DNA of 64,000 nucleotides. Source: a virus. The stretch covers positions 32,001 through 96,000 of IMG/VR virus record IMGVR_UViG_3300045988_017048. One strand, written 5' to 3'. The translations under genes were made by a program, and so were the position numbers. Numbering within the stretch: the first letter of the stretch is position 1; each line of letters begins with the position of its first letter. Under the pieces are notes generated by a model, which was not told where the DNA came from, made no database searches, and saw nothing but the letters and a program-made list of their open reading frames with translations. Positions 41,088 through 52,300 of this stretch are shown here, piece after piece.

Positions 41088-42599
41088 ATGGCTGGAAAAT
41101 TAGGTAAGTTTCAAATGGTAGGCTTCCAACACTGGAAGGGTCTTACTAAGGAAAATCACCTTGGTTCTATCTTTCAGTTAGCTCCACAGAAGGCTACGAA
41201 CCTAATGGTGCAACTGTTGGCTTATTACAGAGGAAAGACACTTGACACATTCCTAAATCAATTCCCAACAAGAGAGTTTGAGGATGATAATGAATACTAC
41301 TGGGATGTTATTGGTTCTTCAAGAAGAAACATTCCTCTTGTAGAGGCAAGAGATGAAAATGGTACTGTTGTTACAGATGCCAGTGGTATGGTTGGAGTAG
41401 GCACTGCTCCTTTCTATTTAGTATTCCCTGAGGATTGGTTTGCTGATGGTGAGTACATTGTAGGTAATCTGAATGAAATCTATCAGTTCAGAATACTTGG
41501 AGACCCAAGAATGGAGGGTACTAATGCAGTGTATAAGGTAGAGCTTGCAGGTGGCAACACAGCAGGTGTTCCTGCTGAAAGATTGCTTGCAGGTGAGAGA
41601 TTCTCAGTTGAAGCTGCATTTGTTGAGAAGGAACTTTCAAGAAAGGTTGGTGATGTAAGATTTACAAGCCCTGTTTCTATGAGAAATGAGTGGTCTGTAG
41701 TAAGAATCCAACACAAGGTTCCAGGTTCTATGTTGAACAAGAAGCTGGCTGTAGGTATTCCTATTGTTAAGGAAACTGAGGGTAGATATACTAAGTCAGT
41801 TGCTACAATGTGGATGCACAATGTAGATTGGGAAGTAGAACAGCAATTCTCTGAGTACAAGAACAATGCACTTGCATTTGGTAGAAGCAACAGAAATGCC
41901 AATGGTGAGTACATGAACTTTGGTAAGTCTGGCAATGTTATTAAGACAGGTGCTGGTCTATTTGAGCAGATGGAAGTTGCTAATACTATGTATTACAACA
42001 CATTTAGCTTGAAGCTTCTTGAAGATGCTCTATATGAGCTTTCTGCTTCTAAGTTAGACTTTGGAGACAGATACTTCTTGATTAAGACTGGTGAGAGAGG
42101 TGCTATCCAATTCCATAAGGAAGTACTAAAGACAGTATCAGGTTGGACACAGTTTGTTCTTGACAACAGCTCTATTGGTGTTATTCAAAAGACTCAATCT
42201 AAGTTGCACCAAAACTCATTGAGTGCTGGTTTCCAATTTGTTGAGTATAAGGCTCCTAATGGTGTTAGAGTTAAGATTGATGTAGACCCATTCTATGATG
42301 ACCCAGTAAGAAACAAGATACTCCACCCAAATGGAGGTGTTGCCTTCTCTTACAGATATGATATTATGTACATTGGTACTATGGACCAACCTAATATCTT
42401 TAAGTGTAAGATTAAGGGTGACAATGAGTACAGAGGTTATCAGTGGGGATTGAGAAACCCATTCACAGGTCAAAAGGGTAATCCTTATATGTCATTTGAT
42501 GAGGACTCTGCTGTAATTCACAGAATGGCTACTCTTGGCATCTGTGTTCTTGACCCAACAAGAACTATGTCACTAATCCCTGCAATCCTACAGGGTTAA
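41088..42599 (+). CDS. major capsid protein
   Basis: 503 aa ORF between the strong promoter (39841) and the strong terminator (42609). Its position after the scaffold-like gene is consistent with crAss-like module order. Confidence 0.7.
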   Translation: MAGKLGKFQMVGFQHWKGLTKENHLGSIFQLAPQKATNLMVQLLAYYRGKTLDTFLNQFPTREFEDDNEYYWDVIGSSRRNIPLVEARDENGTVVTDASGMVGVGTAPFYLVFPEDWFADGEYIVGNLNEIYQFRILGDPRMEGTNAVYKVELAGGNTAGVPAERLLAGERFSVEAAFVEKELSRKVGDVRFTSPVSMRNEWSVVRIQHKVPGSMLNKKLAVGIPIVKETEGRYTKSVATMWMHNVDWEVEQQFSEYKNNALAFGRSNRNANGEYMNFGKSGNVIKTGAGLFEQMEVANTMYYNTFSLKLLEDALYELSASKLDFGDRYFLIKTGERGAIQFHKEVLKTVSGWTQFVLDNSSIGVIQKTQSKLHQNSLSAGFQFVEYKAPNGVRVKIDVDPFYDDPVRNKILHPNGGVAFSYRYDIMYIGTMDQPNIFKCKIKGDNEYRGYQWGLRNPFTGQKGNPYMSFDEDSAVIHRMATLGICVLDPTRTMSLIPAILQG

Positions 42600-42608
42600 T
42601 GATAAAAA

Positions 42609-42647
42609 AGGAAAGTAGGATAAACTCCTGCTTTCCTTATTTTATTT
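42609..42647 (+). terminator. intrinsic terminator after the capsid gene
   Basis: 12 bp stem AGGAAAGTAGGA/TCCTGCTTTCCT followed by TATTTTATTT. Confidence 0.8.
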
Positions 42648-42667
42648 AATATAATTAAGGAGAAGAT

Positions 42668-43690
42668 ATGGCAGAAAAGAAAATGGAAGAGAAGGTGGAT
42701 TATACTGTGCCTGACTTTGATATAGACAATACAGAGACTCCACTTCAGGAAGTACCAAGAGAAGAGGCTACTGTAAAAAGCCCTAAGAAAACACAAAAGA
42801 AAGTAGAGGTATCTGATGATGCCTTAGTTAGTTGTCTGAAAGATGAGAAAATCATTGTAAGACATGTGCCTAAGCTGACAGGTATGTGGGGCAATAACCC
42901 TAAACATGTATTGTCGGGAGGTATGGCAGAGGGTGCAGTTAGAACATTTGTAGTACCAAGATTATCTTCAGGTATGTTTGTTAATGTCCTTACAGACAAG
43001 GAAAAGGCATTTCTTGAGGAAATAATGGGGCTTGAGTATAATGCACTAAGTATCTACAAGAAGGTAGATAACTTCTGGGATGATTCTAATGAGAATGGTA
43101 TTAATAAAGTAAGATTAACAAAACAGGATAATTACTTTAATCTATCTGACCCAGAGGATTACATCAGATATAAGATACTGTTAGCTAACAAGGATTATAT
43201 TGCCCCTTCATTGCAGGCATTGCAAGATACTCCCAAGGCTACTTACCAATTTGTTATCATTTCTGAGGGTGAGGAGACTAAGGTTGCTAAGAACAATATG
43301 AGCACTACAATGATGTGCTATAAAGAGTTTGGTAAGATTGAGAATGATGTTGATACATTAAGAGTTATTGTTGAGACCATTGATGGTAGACCTACATCAC
43401 AGACTGCTAAACTTGAGTTCTTGCAGACTAAGGCTAATGACTTGATACAGGCTGATAGCAAAATATTCTTGAAGGTTATTACTGACCCAATGCTTTCTAC
43501 AAAGGTTCTTATCAAGAGAGCTATAGAGGCAGGTCTGATTTCTAATAGGGGTAATTACCTATACTTAAGAAAGGATAATACTCCACTTTGTGAGGCTAAT
43601 GAAGAGCCTACATTGAATGTAGCAGCTAAATACTTAAACTCTCCTAAGCATCAAGAAGTTAAGTTTGCTTTGGAAGCTAAGCTGAAGTAG
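42668..43690 (+). CDS. virion structural protein (unknown role)
   Basis: 340 aa ORF in the head/neck module, preceded by an SD-like AAGGAG. Confidence 0.6.
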   Translation: MAEKKMEEKVDYTVPDFDIDNTETPLQEVPREEATVKSPKKTQKKVEVSDDALVSCLKDEKIIVRHVPKLTGMWGNNPKHVLSGGMAEGAVRTFVVPRLSSGMFVNVLTDKEKAFLEEIMGLEYNALSIYKKVDNFWDDSNENGINKVRLTKQDNYFNLSDPEDYIRYKILLANKDYIAPSLQALQDTPKATYQFVIISEGEETKVAKNNMSTTMMCYKEFGKIENDVDTLRVIVETIDGRPTSQTAKLEFLQTKANDLIQADSKIFLKVITDPMLSTKVLIKRAIEAGLISNRGNYLYLRKDNTPLCEANEEPTLNVAAKYLNSPKHQEVKFALEAKLK

Positions 43691-43697
43691 AAAAAGT

Positions 43698-44432
43698 ATG
43701 ACAACACAGGAATTTTCTAATGAATTTGATGTTCTGTATAACAATATAATGAGCAATCAGGCTCCAGGTCTTGATGAGTATGAGAAGTCTGTCTTTCTAA
43801 CTAAGGCTCAATTGGAGATATTGAAGAATTACTTCAATCCTAAGGGTAATAAGTATGGACAGGGATTTGATGAGAATGCTAAGAGACAGATAGATTTCTC
43901 TACCTTAATAACTGTAGCTAAACCATCACCATATACTCCTACAGATGACTATGTTAAGTTTGATGATAGAAGTCAGCTTTATAGAATGCCATCAGATATT
44001 CTACTTGTGTTGAATGAGACAGGCATTAATACTGTAGGTGAGGTTAAGAGGCTGATTAGTATAGTTCCTATAAATTATGAAGAGTATGCAAGACTCATGT
44101 CTAAACCTTGGAAACAACCTTTAAAGAATCAAGGTTGGAGATTATTTCAATCTACTGGAGGAGTAGATTATATTTCTGAGGTAGTTATTAAATATAATAG
44201 CACTTTGACTGATTACAAGATTAGGTATGTAAGAAGACCAAAGCCTATTATACTTGCAAATCTGGCTGATGAATATTCTAATATATCTATTGGAGGATTA
44301 AATAATATCACAGAATGTGAATTAGACCCTATTCTTCATCCAGAGATTCTTCAGAGAGCAGTAGAACTTGCAAAGTCTGCTTATACAGGAGACTTGAAGA
44401 GTAGTGTAGAACTTGGTCAAAGAACTGAATAA
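43698..44432 (+). CDS. structural protein, paralog A
   Basis: Clear similarity to the next ORF: MTTxEFSNEFD, LDEYEKSVFLT, RP.PIIL, ECEL.P..H..IL.RAV.LA. Confidence 0.65.
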   Translation: MTTQEFSNEFDVLYNNIMSNQAPGLDEYEKSVFLTKAQLEILKNYFNPKGNKYGQGFDENAKRQIDFSTLITVAKPSPYTPTDDYVKFDDRSQLYRMPSDILLVLNETGINTVGEVKRLISIVPINYEEYARLMSKPWKQPLKNQGWRLFQSTGGVDYISEVVIKYNSTLTDYKIRYVRRPKPIILANLADEYSNISIGGLNNITECELDPILHPEILQRAVELAKSAYTGDLKSSVELGQRTE

Positions 44433-45139
44433 TGACAACTGAAGAATTTTCTAATGAGTTTGATACCTTACTGAATAGCTATTCTACCATAGAGGCATTT
44501 GGAAAGACACCCAACACTATTGAGCTTGATGAATATGAGAAATCTGTATTTCTCACTAATGCTCAAGAAGAGATAGTAATGGGTATGTATAATGGTAAGA
44601 ATCCATTTGGAGACTCATTTGAGAGGACTGAGGAAATCAGAAGATACTTGAGTGACCTAATAAAGACTTACACAACTACTGACAAGAAAGTAGGATATAC
44701 AGGACTGTCCAAATCCTCAGTATTCTTTGAATTACCTGATGACTTATGGTTCATAACCTATGAATCAGTTAATTTGAAAGATGATGGATTAGGATGTATG
44801 AGTGGTGAAGACATCTCTGTAATACCAATTACTCAAGATGAGTACCATAGGATAAGAAAAAATCCTTTCAGAGGTACTAATGAAAGAAGAGCTTTAAGGC
44901 TTGATTTGAGTGGTAAGGTAGTAGAGATAGTATCAAAGTATAATGTGGAGAGGTATCTTGTCAGATACCTTTCAAGACCTGCTCCAATTATATTAACTGA
45001 TTTGACAGATAACCTGTCAATTAATGGCATAAGTGTGAAAACAGAATGTGAATTGAACCCTGTAGTACATAGAGCTATACTTGAGAGAGCAGTAAAACTT
45101 GCCATCATGAGTAGGGTTCCAAATACAGGAAAAGAATAA
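44432..45139 (+). CDS. structural protein, paralog B
   Basis: See paralog A. Its start overlaps the previous stop (TAATG). Confidence 0.65.
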   Translation: MTTEEFSNEFDTLLNSYSTIEAFGKTPNTIELDEYEKSVFLTNAQEEIVMGMYNGKNPFGDSFERTEEIRRYLSDLIKTYTTTDKKVGYTGLSKSSVFFELPDDLWFITYESVNLKDDGLGCMSGEDISVIPITQDEYHRIRKNPFRGTNERRALRLDLSGKVVEIVSKYNVERYLVRYLSRPAPIILTDLTDNLSINGISVKTECELNPVVHRAILERAVKLAIMSRVPNTGKE

Positions 45140-45170
45140 AACTATTGTATAATTTAATATTAAATTAAAA

Positions 45171-46196
45171 ATGGCAACATTTAGTACAAATCAAGTAAGA
45201 CAGCTTTATGTAGCAAAGGAACTAAAGAGTCCTCGTGTACTTGCAGCAGATGCTGCTGGCTCTATTGCAGTAAAGAATGACACTGCGAAGAATCATCTAT
45301 ATTTTGAGTACAAGGGTGCTGACAACTTGATGAGAAGTGACCTAATTGACACCAAGAATATTCTTTATGCTAAGGCTACTGATGCTGATAATATGGCACA
45401 TGAGTTGAGGGCAGTTACAGTAACTCTTGATGGTGAAGTAAATGCAGGTGCTCCTGTAGCTGGACAGGATTATATCCTAAGAATTGTATTCAAGCAATAT
45501 GTAGGTATGTCTGATGAAGACCAGTACTTCAAGTATGGCATGGTACATGCTTATGCAGGTATGACAGCTTCAGACTTTTATAAGAAGCTAGCTCTATCAC
45601 TGGCTAAGAACTTTAGTAGAGAGATAGTTCCTCTTGTTAAATTTATCTTGACAGATTCAGGTAATGAGGCAGTTCCTGTTGATGCTACTACAAAGGAAAG
45701 CTCTTTAACTGGAACTTATAAGGCACTTGTTATTGATGAGGTTGAACAGCCTTGGAGACTTGGTATCATGGAGCAAACTCCTGTATATTTTGAAGTACAG
45801 CCTGTCCCAGTTACTGTAAATGGTGATGAAAGAATTTGGGGTAAGGTAGAAGAGACTGACCCTGCTGGCACCATTGCTAATGGCAAGAAGATTGCAGACC
45901 TTGAGTACTTCTGCATGGGTGAGAGAGGTGACATGTATAGAGGTATTGGTTATCCTAACAATATTCCTACTACTTATCTTGTAGACCCAGCTGTTAAGTA
46001 TAATGTGATTGATATACACTATGCTTATGTAGGTAGCAATGAGTCAGTTCAGAAGTCTGAAAAGACAATCACTCTTGTAGTGCCAAAGATAGGTGCTAAG
46101 AATAATGTAAGTAATAAACTTACTAATGATATAATCACTGCTATCAATACTGCTACAGGTTTGACTATAGCTGCTCTTGATGCTTCAGCAGTTTAA
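45171..46196 (+). CDS. abundant virion protein candidate (auxiliary capsid/decoration-type)
   Basis: 341 aa ORF followed by its own terminator. Function is inferred from context only. Confidence 0.55.
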   Translation: MATFSTNQVRQLYVAKELKSPRVLAADAAGSIAVKNDTAKNHLYFEYKGADNLMRSDLIDTKNILYAKATDADNMAHELRAVTVTLDGEVNAGAPVAGQDYILRIVFKQYVGMSDEDQYFKYGMVHAYAGMTASDFYKKLALSLAKNFSREIVPLVKFILTDSGNEAVPVDATTKESSLTGTYKALVIDEVEQPWRLGIMEQTPVYFEVQPVPVTVNGDERIWGKVEETDPAGTIANGKKIADLEYFCMGERGDMYRGIGYPNNIPTTYLVDPAVKYNVIDIHYAYVGSNESVQKSEKTITLVVPKIGAKNNVSNKLTNDIITAINTATGLTIAALDASAV

Positions 46197-46211
46197 AAAA
46201 AAAAGAATTAA

Positions 46212-46243
46212 AAGGGAGGCTATTAAGTCTCCCTTTATTTGTT
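46212..46243 (+). terminator. intrinsic terminator
   Basis: 9 bp stem AAGGGAGGC/GTCTCCCTT followed by TATTTGTTT. Confidence 0.65.
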
Positions 46244-46250
46244 TAAGGGA

Positions 46251-47027
46251 ATGACTATGGTAACATTTAATGAATTAAGAATAACTCCTGATGGTAATAC
46301 TCTAATTATAGATGTAGCAATCAAGGATTTGAGATACTATACAAATGTAGGTCTAAAAACTATACTTATAGATACTCAAGATACTTTTACAGCAGAAGGA
46401 CCTTCAAATAAAGCAGTTGAATTTCCTGTTAAGAATGATGTAGACCCTAAGTTATTTGAAAAAAGAACTCCTTTTACTTACATATTTAGAGGCACTTTAA
46501 AGGAAGGATTCCTATATACTTTTGGCGCACTACCAGCTCCTACAAATGATATACAATATATTATTAATGGTATTCCTTATACTGCAAATGAACTAACTGT
46601 AGGTGTACACAAGTATGAAAAAGGAAAACTAGTAGCTGTTACTACTCCTATAAAGTCTTATAGGATAGAGATAAACAAGAATGATTCTACACTGATTTTT
46701 AAGGATAATTTGTTATTTGTTTATGTAAAAACAAAGGGCACTCCTGCTTCAGATACTCCTTGTGGGATGGATAATATTACTACATTGGGAGTTGTATCTA
46801 ACCTTTATCCTCTGTACCAACATGCCTTTAGTTACATTAAAGAATTGAGTGATACTTGTTCTATCCCTAAGAACTTCATCAACTATATACTTCAATATAA
46901 GGTATTTGAACTTGCTATAAAGACAGGTCATTATACTAAGGCAATAAAGTATTGGAAAAAATTCTTTATGGGAATTAAAGACTCAGTGATAACCCCTAAT
47001 TGTGGATGCTATGGACAAGGTACTTAA
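46251..47027 (+). CDS. virion structural protein (unknown role)
   Basis: ATG 46251 is preferred over the track's TTG at 46239. Confidence 0.6.
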   Translation: MTMVTFNELRITPDGNTLIIDVAIKDLRYYTNVGLKTILIDTQDTFTAEGPSNKAVEFPVKNDVDPKLFEKRTPFTYIFRGTLKEGFLYTFGALPAPTNDIQYIINGIPYTANELTVGVHKYEKGKLVAVTTPIKSYRIEINKNDSTLIFKDNLLFVYVKTKGTPASDTPCGMDNITTLGVVSNLYPLYQHAFSYIKELSDTCSIPKNFINYILQYKVFELAIKTGHYTKAIKYWKKFFMGIKDSVITPNCGCYGQGT

Positions 47028-47277
47028 TGAATCACTTACAAGATATTTCAATGTCTTATCAAAGTTAGGATATATGAGTTATTCAGAAGTAGATAAGCTA
47101 TTGGTGCTAATATTCATATATGATTTGCTTGAGAGTGATTGTAAGTCCTTTATAACAGAAGAAGAGTATAGAATTTTAGATAGTGCCCTATACTGTCTAT
47201 ATGGTTCTACTTGCTTAATACCTTACCCAGAGTATATAGCAAACACTTCAATCTCTTGTACAGGCAAGTCAGTATAA
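47002..47277 (+). CDS. hypothetical protein
   Basis: 91 aa ORF overlapping the previous gene by 26 nt. Confidence 0.45.
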   Translation: MDAMDKVLNESLTRYFNVLSKLGYMSYSEVDKLLVLIFIYDLLESDCKSFITEEEYRILDSALYCLYGSTCLIPYPEYIANTSISCTGKSV

Positions 47278-47317
47278 TTATTACATTAATACTTCTGACA
47301 TAAAAATAGTAAAGTCC

Positions 47318-47348
47318 TTGCAGATATAAGAAATTATGCTTATATTTG
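47318..47348 (+). promoter_or_regulatory. Bacteroidota-type promoter of the tail operon
   Basis: TTG at 47318-47320, a 20 nt spacer, then TATATTTG at 47341-47348. Confidence 0.6.
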
Positions 47349-47382
47349 CAGGGATTTTTAGTTATAGCTAATAAATAAAATT

Positions 47383-48072
47383 ATGAGTACATATAAAGAA
47401 TTAACCTACATGGTACTTGATGAATTGAAACTGTACTCAGATGATGCCCTATATACAGAGGAGCATGTTATGTTTCTACTTGGCAAGTATAGGACATTCT
47501 TACTGAAACAGAGATATTCAGATGTAAAGAAGCAGATACCTGAGAGTAACTATCAGACTATATGCTTGGATTTAATTGAGGTACCTGCTATATCAGGTGA
47601 ACCTTGTGAAGGTGGTTCTTATCTAAGAAGTAAGGAGAAGATACCTTTCCTAATGAAGATAGGCAATCCCAAGGTATATCCAGTTGATTATTATCAAGGG
47701 GAGATTACTTATGTAAGTAGGGAAAGGATGAGATATGTGGGATATAATAAGTATCTGAAGAATATTATCTATGCTTCTATTGGTCCAGATAATTACCTAT
47801 ACTTTAAGTCTTTCAATCCACAGTACTTGTATCTTGAAAAGGCAAGAATGACAGGTATATTTGAAGACCCACAGGCTGCATCAGAATTGCAGTGTCCTAA
47901 TGAGAATGGTGATACAGTATGTGATGTATTAGATAGAGAGTTTCCTATAGAGTCTGCATTAGTACCTCCCCTGATTGAACTTGTAGTCAAGGAATTATTA
48001 GGTGCTGAGTACAGACCTAAAGATGAATCCAATGATGCAAAGGATGAGTTATCAGAAGTAGCATCTAAATAG
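47383..48072 (+). CDS. virion structural protein (unknown role)
   Basis: 229 aa ORF. Confidence 0.6.
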   Translation: MSTYKELTYMVLDELKLYSDDALYTEEHVMFLLGKYRTFLLKQRYSDVKKQIPESNYQTICLDLIEVPAISGEPCEGGSYLRSKEKIPFLMKIGNPKVYPVDYYQGEITYVSRERMRYVGYNKYLKNIIYASIGPDNYLYFKSFNPQYLYLEKARMTGIFEDPQAASELQCPNENGDTVCDVLDREFPIESALVPPLIELVVKELLGAEYRPKDESNDAKDELSEVASK

Positions 48073-48078
48073 TGAGTT

Positions 48079-48636
48079 ATGGAATCTTGTCAAGAAGAGA
48101 GAAATAAAGAGTTGGCTGATTTCCTAAACTCCATTAAAAAGGTAAATGAACCAAGGGTTCACAAGGTTAGAGGTTCCTATGGTGTATATGATGCCTATAA
48201 GTGGATAAGAAAGAATAGATGGCTCAATATAGGAAGATGCCTTACAGAACATGAGTTTTATAGTATTATAAGGAAAGTCAATGACTACTTAGCTGATAGT
48301 TTCCTTCGTGGTAATGATATTAAGTTGCCACATAGAATGGGTAGAATAGAGCTAAGGAAATATGATGTAAGAATTAATCTTGATGGAGAAAAGGTCAAGA
48401 CTAACCTACCTATAGACTGGGATAAAACTCTTAAATTATGGTATGAAGATGAGGAAGCCTATAAGGAAAAAACACTTGTTAAAGTGGAGGAAAAAGAAAT
48501 TTTTAAAGTCTACTATAATAAGCAATTAGCAGACTACAATAATCAGGTCTTCTATGAATTTAATGTCAATAGAGAACTGAAGAAGAGATTAAAACAAAGA
48601 ATAAAAGAAGGAAAATTAGATGCTTTCAAGATATAA
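48079..48636 (+). CDS. hypothetical protein (possible IHF/HU-like fold)
   Basis: IKLPHRMGRIELRKY is reminiscent of an HU/IHF beta-arm, and crAss-like phages are reported to carry IHF-like genes in this module. The call is weak. Confidence 0.3.
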   Translation: MESCQEERNKELADFLNSIKKVNEPRVHKVRGSYGVYDAYKWIRKNRWLNIGRCLTEHEFYSIIRKVNDYLADSFLRGNDIKLPHRMGRIELRKYDVRINLDGEKVKTNLPIDWDKTLKLWYEDEEAYKEKTLVKVEEKEIFKVYYNKQLADYNNQVFYEFNVNRELKKRLKQRIKEGKLDAFKI

Positions 48637-48638
48637 TT

Positions 48639-49346
48639 ATGGTAAAAGAATATAACTACATAAACATAAGAGAAGCTCTAAGTAGGGTACTAAGGCACCC
48701 TCTTCTTCAAGATATGACTTTGGAACAAGCTGTGCAATATACTATTGATTTTATTGGTATATTTGGTATGCCAAAGTTATATCAAGATAAGGAAGAGGCC
48801 CTTCATATAGAAGACTTTAGAGCCAAGCTTCCTTGTGATTTAATATCTATCAACCAGATTAAGGAGTGTAAAACTGGTGTATGCCTTAGGAGCATGACAG
48901 ATAATTTCATGCCAAGAGAGCATTATGATAGGAGTGCTGGCTACAAGATACCACAAGAGTTATCTTTCAAAACACAAGGACAAGTACTATATGTATCCTT
49001 CAAGACAGGAGATGTATCAGTATCTTATAAGGCAATTCCAGTAGATAAGGATGGATTTCCACTACTTATTGATAACCCTGTATTTCTGAAAGCACTTGAG
49101 GCATATATAAAGAAGGAGGCATTTACCATTCTGTTTGATATGGGCAAGATTGCACCTGTTGTACTACAGAATACTCAGCAACAGTATGCTTGGCTGGCTG
49201 GTCAATTACAGAGTGAATTTACTATCCCTTCACAATCTGAAATGGAAAGTATATCAAGAATGTGGAATACACTTGTACAAAGAACAAGTGAGTTTAATAA
49301 TGGGTTCTCATCTCTTGGTAATAAAGAATACATTAAACTACAATAA
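48639..49346 (+). CDS. virion structural protein (unknown role)
   Basis: 235 aa ORF. Confidence 0.6.
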   Translation: MVKEYNYINIREALSRVLRHPLLQDMTLEQAVQYTIDFIGIFGMPKLYQDKEEALHIEDFRAKLPCDLISINQIKECKTGVCLRSMTDNFMPREHYDRSAGYKIPQELSFKTQGQVLYVSFKTGDVSVSYKAIPVDKDGFPLLIDNPVFLKALEAYIKKEAFTILFDMGKIAPVVLQNTQQQYAWLAGQLQSEFTIPSQSEMESISRMWNTLVQRTSEFNNGFSSLGNKEYIKLQ

Positions 49347-49348
49347 CT

Positions 49349-52300
49349 ATGCAGAAACAAGTTATTTTCAAAACAAAGGGAATGCAGAGGGACTTATCAG
49401 CTTCTGCATTTAACTCTGGATATTCTTATGAAAATAAGAATGTTAGAGTAATGCCAACTGATGAGAGTACTCTGCTTAGTTTGATAAATGAGAAAGGTAA
49501 TAAGAAGTCAAGTATAGCAGGGGTAGGGGACTACATCAAAGGTATTCCTATTGGACAGGCTTTAGTTAATGATGAACTTGTTATATTTACTGCTGGTAAT
49601 GATAAAGACTCTCTATATACTAATATAAAAGGAGAAGAACTAGAAATTGATAATATTGCAGCAAATGAATTAACTATTGATATAGATTATCCATTTGAGG
49701 ATAGAATTTATAAATTATGGTTTAATAATAAAGTTTTAACTGGGGAGAGATTATTCAGAGGAGACTTAGGATTTAATTATAAGCATCCTATAGAAACTAT
49801 CTCATTCTATGAGAATACTGATATTAGAAAGGTATATTGGACTGATGGTTTGAACCAACCAAGAGTAATTAACATAGCTGCTGCATCTGATGTAGTAAGC
49901 AAGTGGAATACTGATTCATTCAACTTTGTAAGAACACTTAATCTTAATGAGAAAGTGACTATTGAAAGAAATATTGTAGCCAATGGTAGTTTTGCTCCTG
50001 GAGTAATACAATATGCCTTCACATACTTTGATAAGTATGGCCAAGAAAGTAACATATTCTATACTTCTCCACTTTACTACATTTCATATAATAACAGAGG
50101 TGCAAGTCCTGAAGATAGAGTAAGTAACAGTTTCAATATAGAGGTGACTAATGTAGATAAGAGATTTGACTACATCAGAATATATTCAATACATAGAACA
50201 AGCATAAATGCAACTCCAGATGTTAAGAGAGTTGTAGATTTAGCTCCTCCTACAGGAAGGTCAAATTATAAGCTCAGTAGTTATGAGATTAATCTCCCAG
50301 CTAATAAGATGACTATGTATAGAATAGGTAGTGGTGCTGAAAAGACACTTGACCAATATGAGCCTTCTCAGTCAGGGTCAAACTATAAGTCTTGGACATT
50401 TGATACTAATAAATATTATAGTATAAACTTTGGAGGTGACTATCTGACTTGGGATACAGGCACATCATTCACTATTACTATTATCAATGGTAAAGCAAGT
50501 ATGCAATTGGCTAATAATGGTAATATGACTGGTACTTTCAGTATGGCCAAAGTTACTTACACTGACAATGGCTTATCAGGAGATTCAGTAGACCCTACTG
50601 AGTTATTGTATATAGGAGGTGAAGAAGTAGTATTTGGCACAATGGCTCAAAAGGATAATACTCTGTTCCTTGGAGACATTAAGACAAAGAGAAAAACTCT
50701 CGACTCTACTATCAGAAGCTACTTCAAAGGCAAGAGCATCACCTTCTCTATCTATAATAAAAGTATAAGTTCTCCAGAAGCCAAGGGCTACTATCCCTAC
50801 ACTAATCAATTAAAGTCTAATTCATATCAATTCAAAACATTCAAATATCTTGAATATTATAGATTTGGTATTCAGATGCAACACTATACAGGAAAGTGGT
50901 CAGAGCCTATATGGATAAATGATGTTAGAAATACCATTCATATAGATACTACTTTCTATGATAGTAGTAATATTGGGTTGCCTGTAGCAGAGTTTACTTT
51001 TAATGATTCCAATATAATAAGCAGATTACTAAATCAAGGGTACATTAGAATAAGACCTGTAGTAGTATATCCAACTATTAATGACAGGGAAGCAATATGT
51101 CAAGGTATATTGTGCCCTACTGTATATAATGTATCTGACAGGTATGGCAATTCACCATTTGCACAATCATCTTGGTTTACGAGACCTAATGCACCATTTG
51201 ATGAATATAAAGCCTTCCATTATCATCAAAGTGATAAGGGTGCTTGGAGTGGAGACTGGGTAAAATTAGGACAATTCTTAGGAAATCCATCTGCATATTC
51301 AAGGGCAGGTATTATGTCCAATGATAGAACTATAGTTACTTCAGAGGGAACACAATACAATATTGATGTAGTTAATAAGGGGGCTTGGGCTGAGTTTAGG
51401 CATAATAAGCCTATCCCAGGCAATAGTAATAGAAATGCAGAAATCCAATGTATTTGGGACCCTCCTTCTGACCCCTATGTTGAGGATACTGCAACTGATT
51501 CAGATGTTGCAAGTTGGGTATCTAACAATGCAGAGAATTATTACATTGACCAATCAATACTTACCTTCCATTCTCCTGACATAGAGTTTGATAATGAAGT
51601 AAGAAGTATTGATACATCAGGATTGAAGTTAAGGATAGTAGGTATGGTCCCTCTAACTGCATTTGTCTCAGATGTTGATATTCAGACTTCCACTCCTGTT
51701 AATAACTTCTATGATAGTTCAGAGTTGCCTGCTGGATTCTATAAGGAGCCTATAGGTGTGGAAAATGATTTTAGCTATGAAGGGTCTGGAACACATTTTG
51801 GTGATTCTCACTTTGGATGGAGAGGATTAATCTCTGGGGCATTCTGGTTTGATGAATTAACTGCATACAAGAAAGGTACAGGTAATACTGACCATCTTAC
51901 TACAGGATTTGTTGTATATCCTTGGCACAGAAATGGCTCACTTAATAACACTAAGTTTGCTACTGATGGGTATAGGTCAGCTATGCTTGACAAGAAGAAG
52001 ATGTCTAATATGAGGTATTCATACAAATCAATCTACTTAGATTCAGTTTACATATGGAATGCTTACATAAAGGGCAATAATATCAGAACTGGCATATCTG
52101 GAGTTGCAATATTTGACTCTAATGAAGTCTCACTCATTAGGCTGCCTGCACAAGAAAACTCAGGTCTCACAGATATTAACTACTATGGTAACATAGATAA
52201 GCTTCTTACTATTTCAAGAGTTGGTAGCAAAAAAGATGGTTATCCTATTATGACTACTGGAGTTCAAAGTGCAGAGACTAATGCACATACTCTGTTTAGT

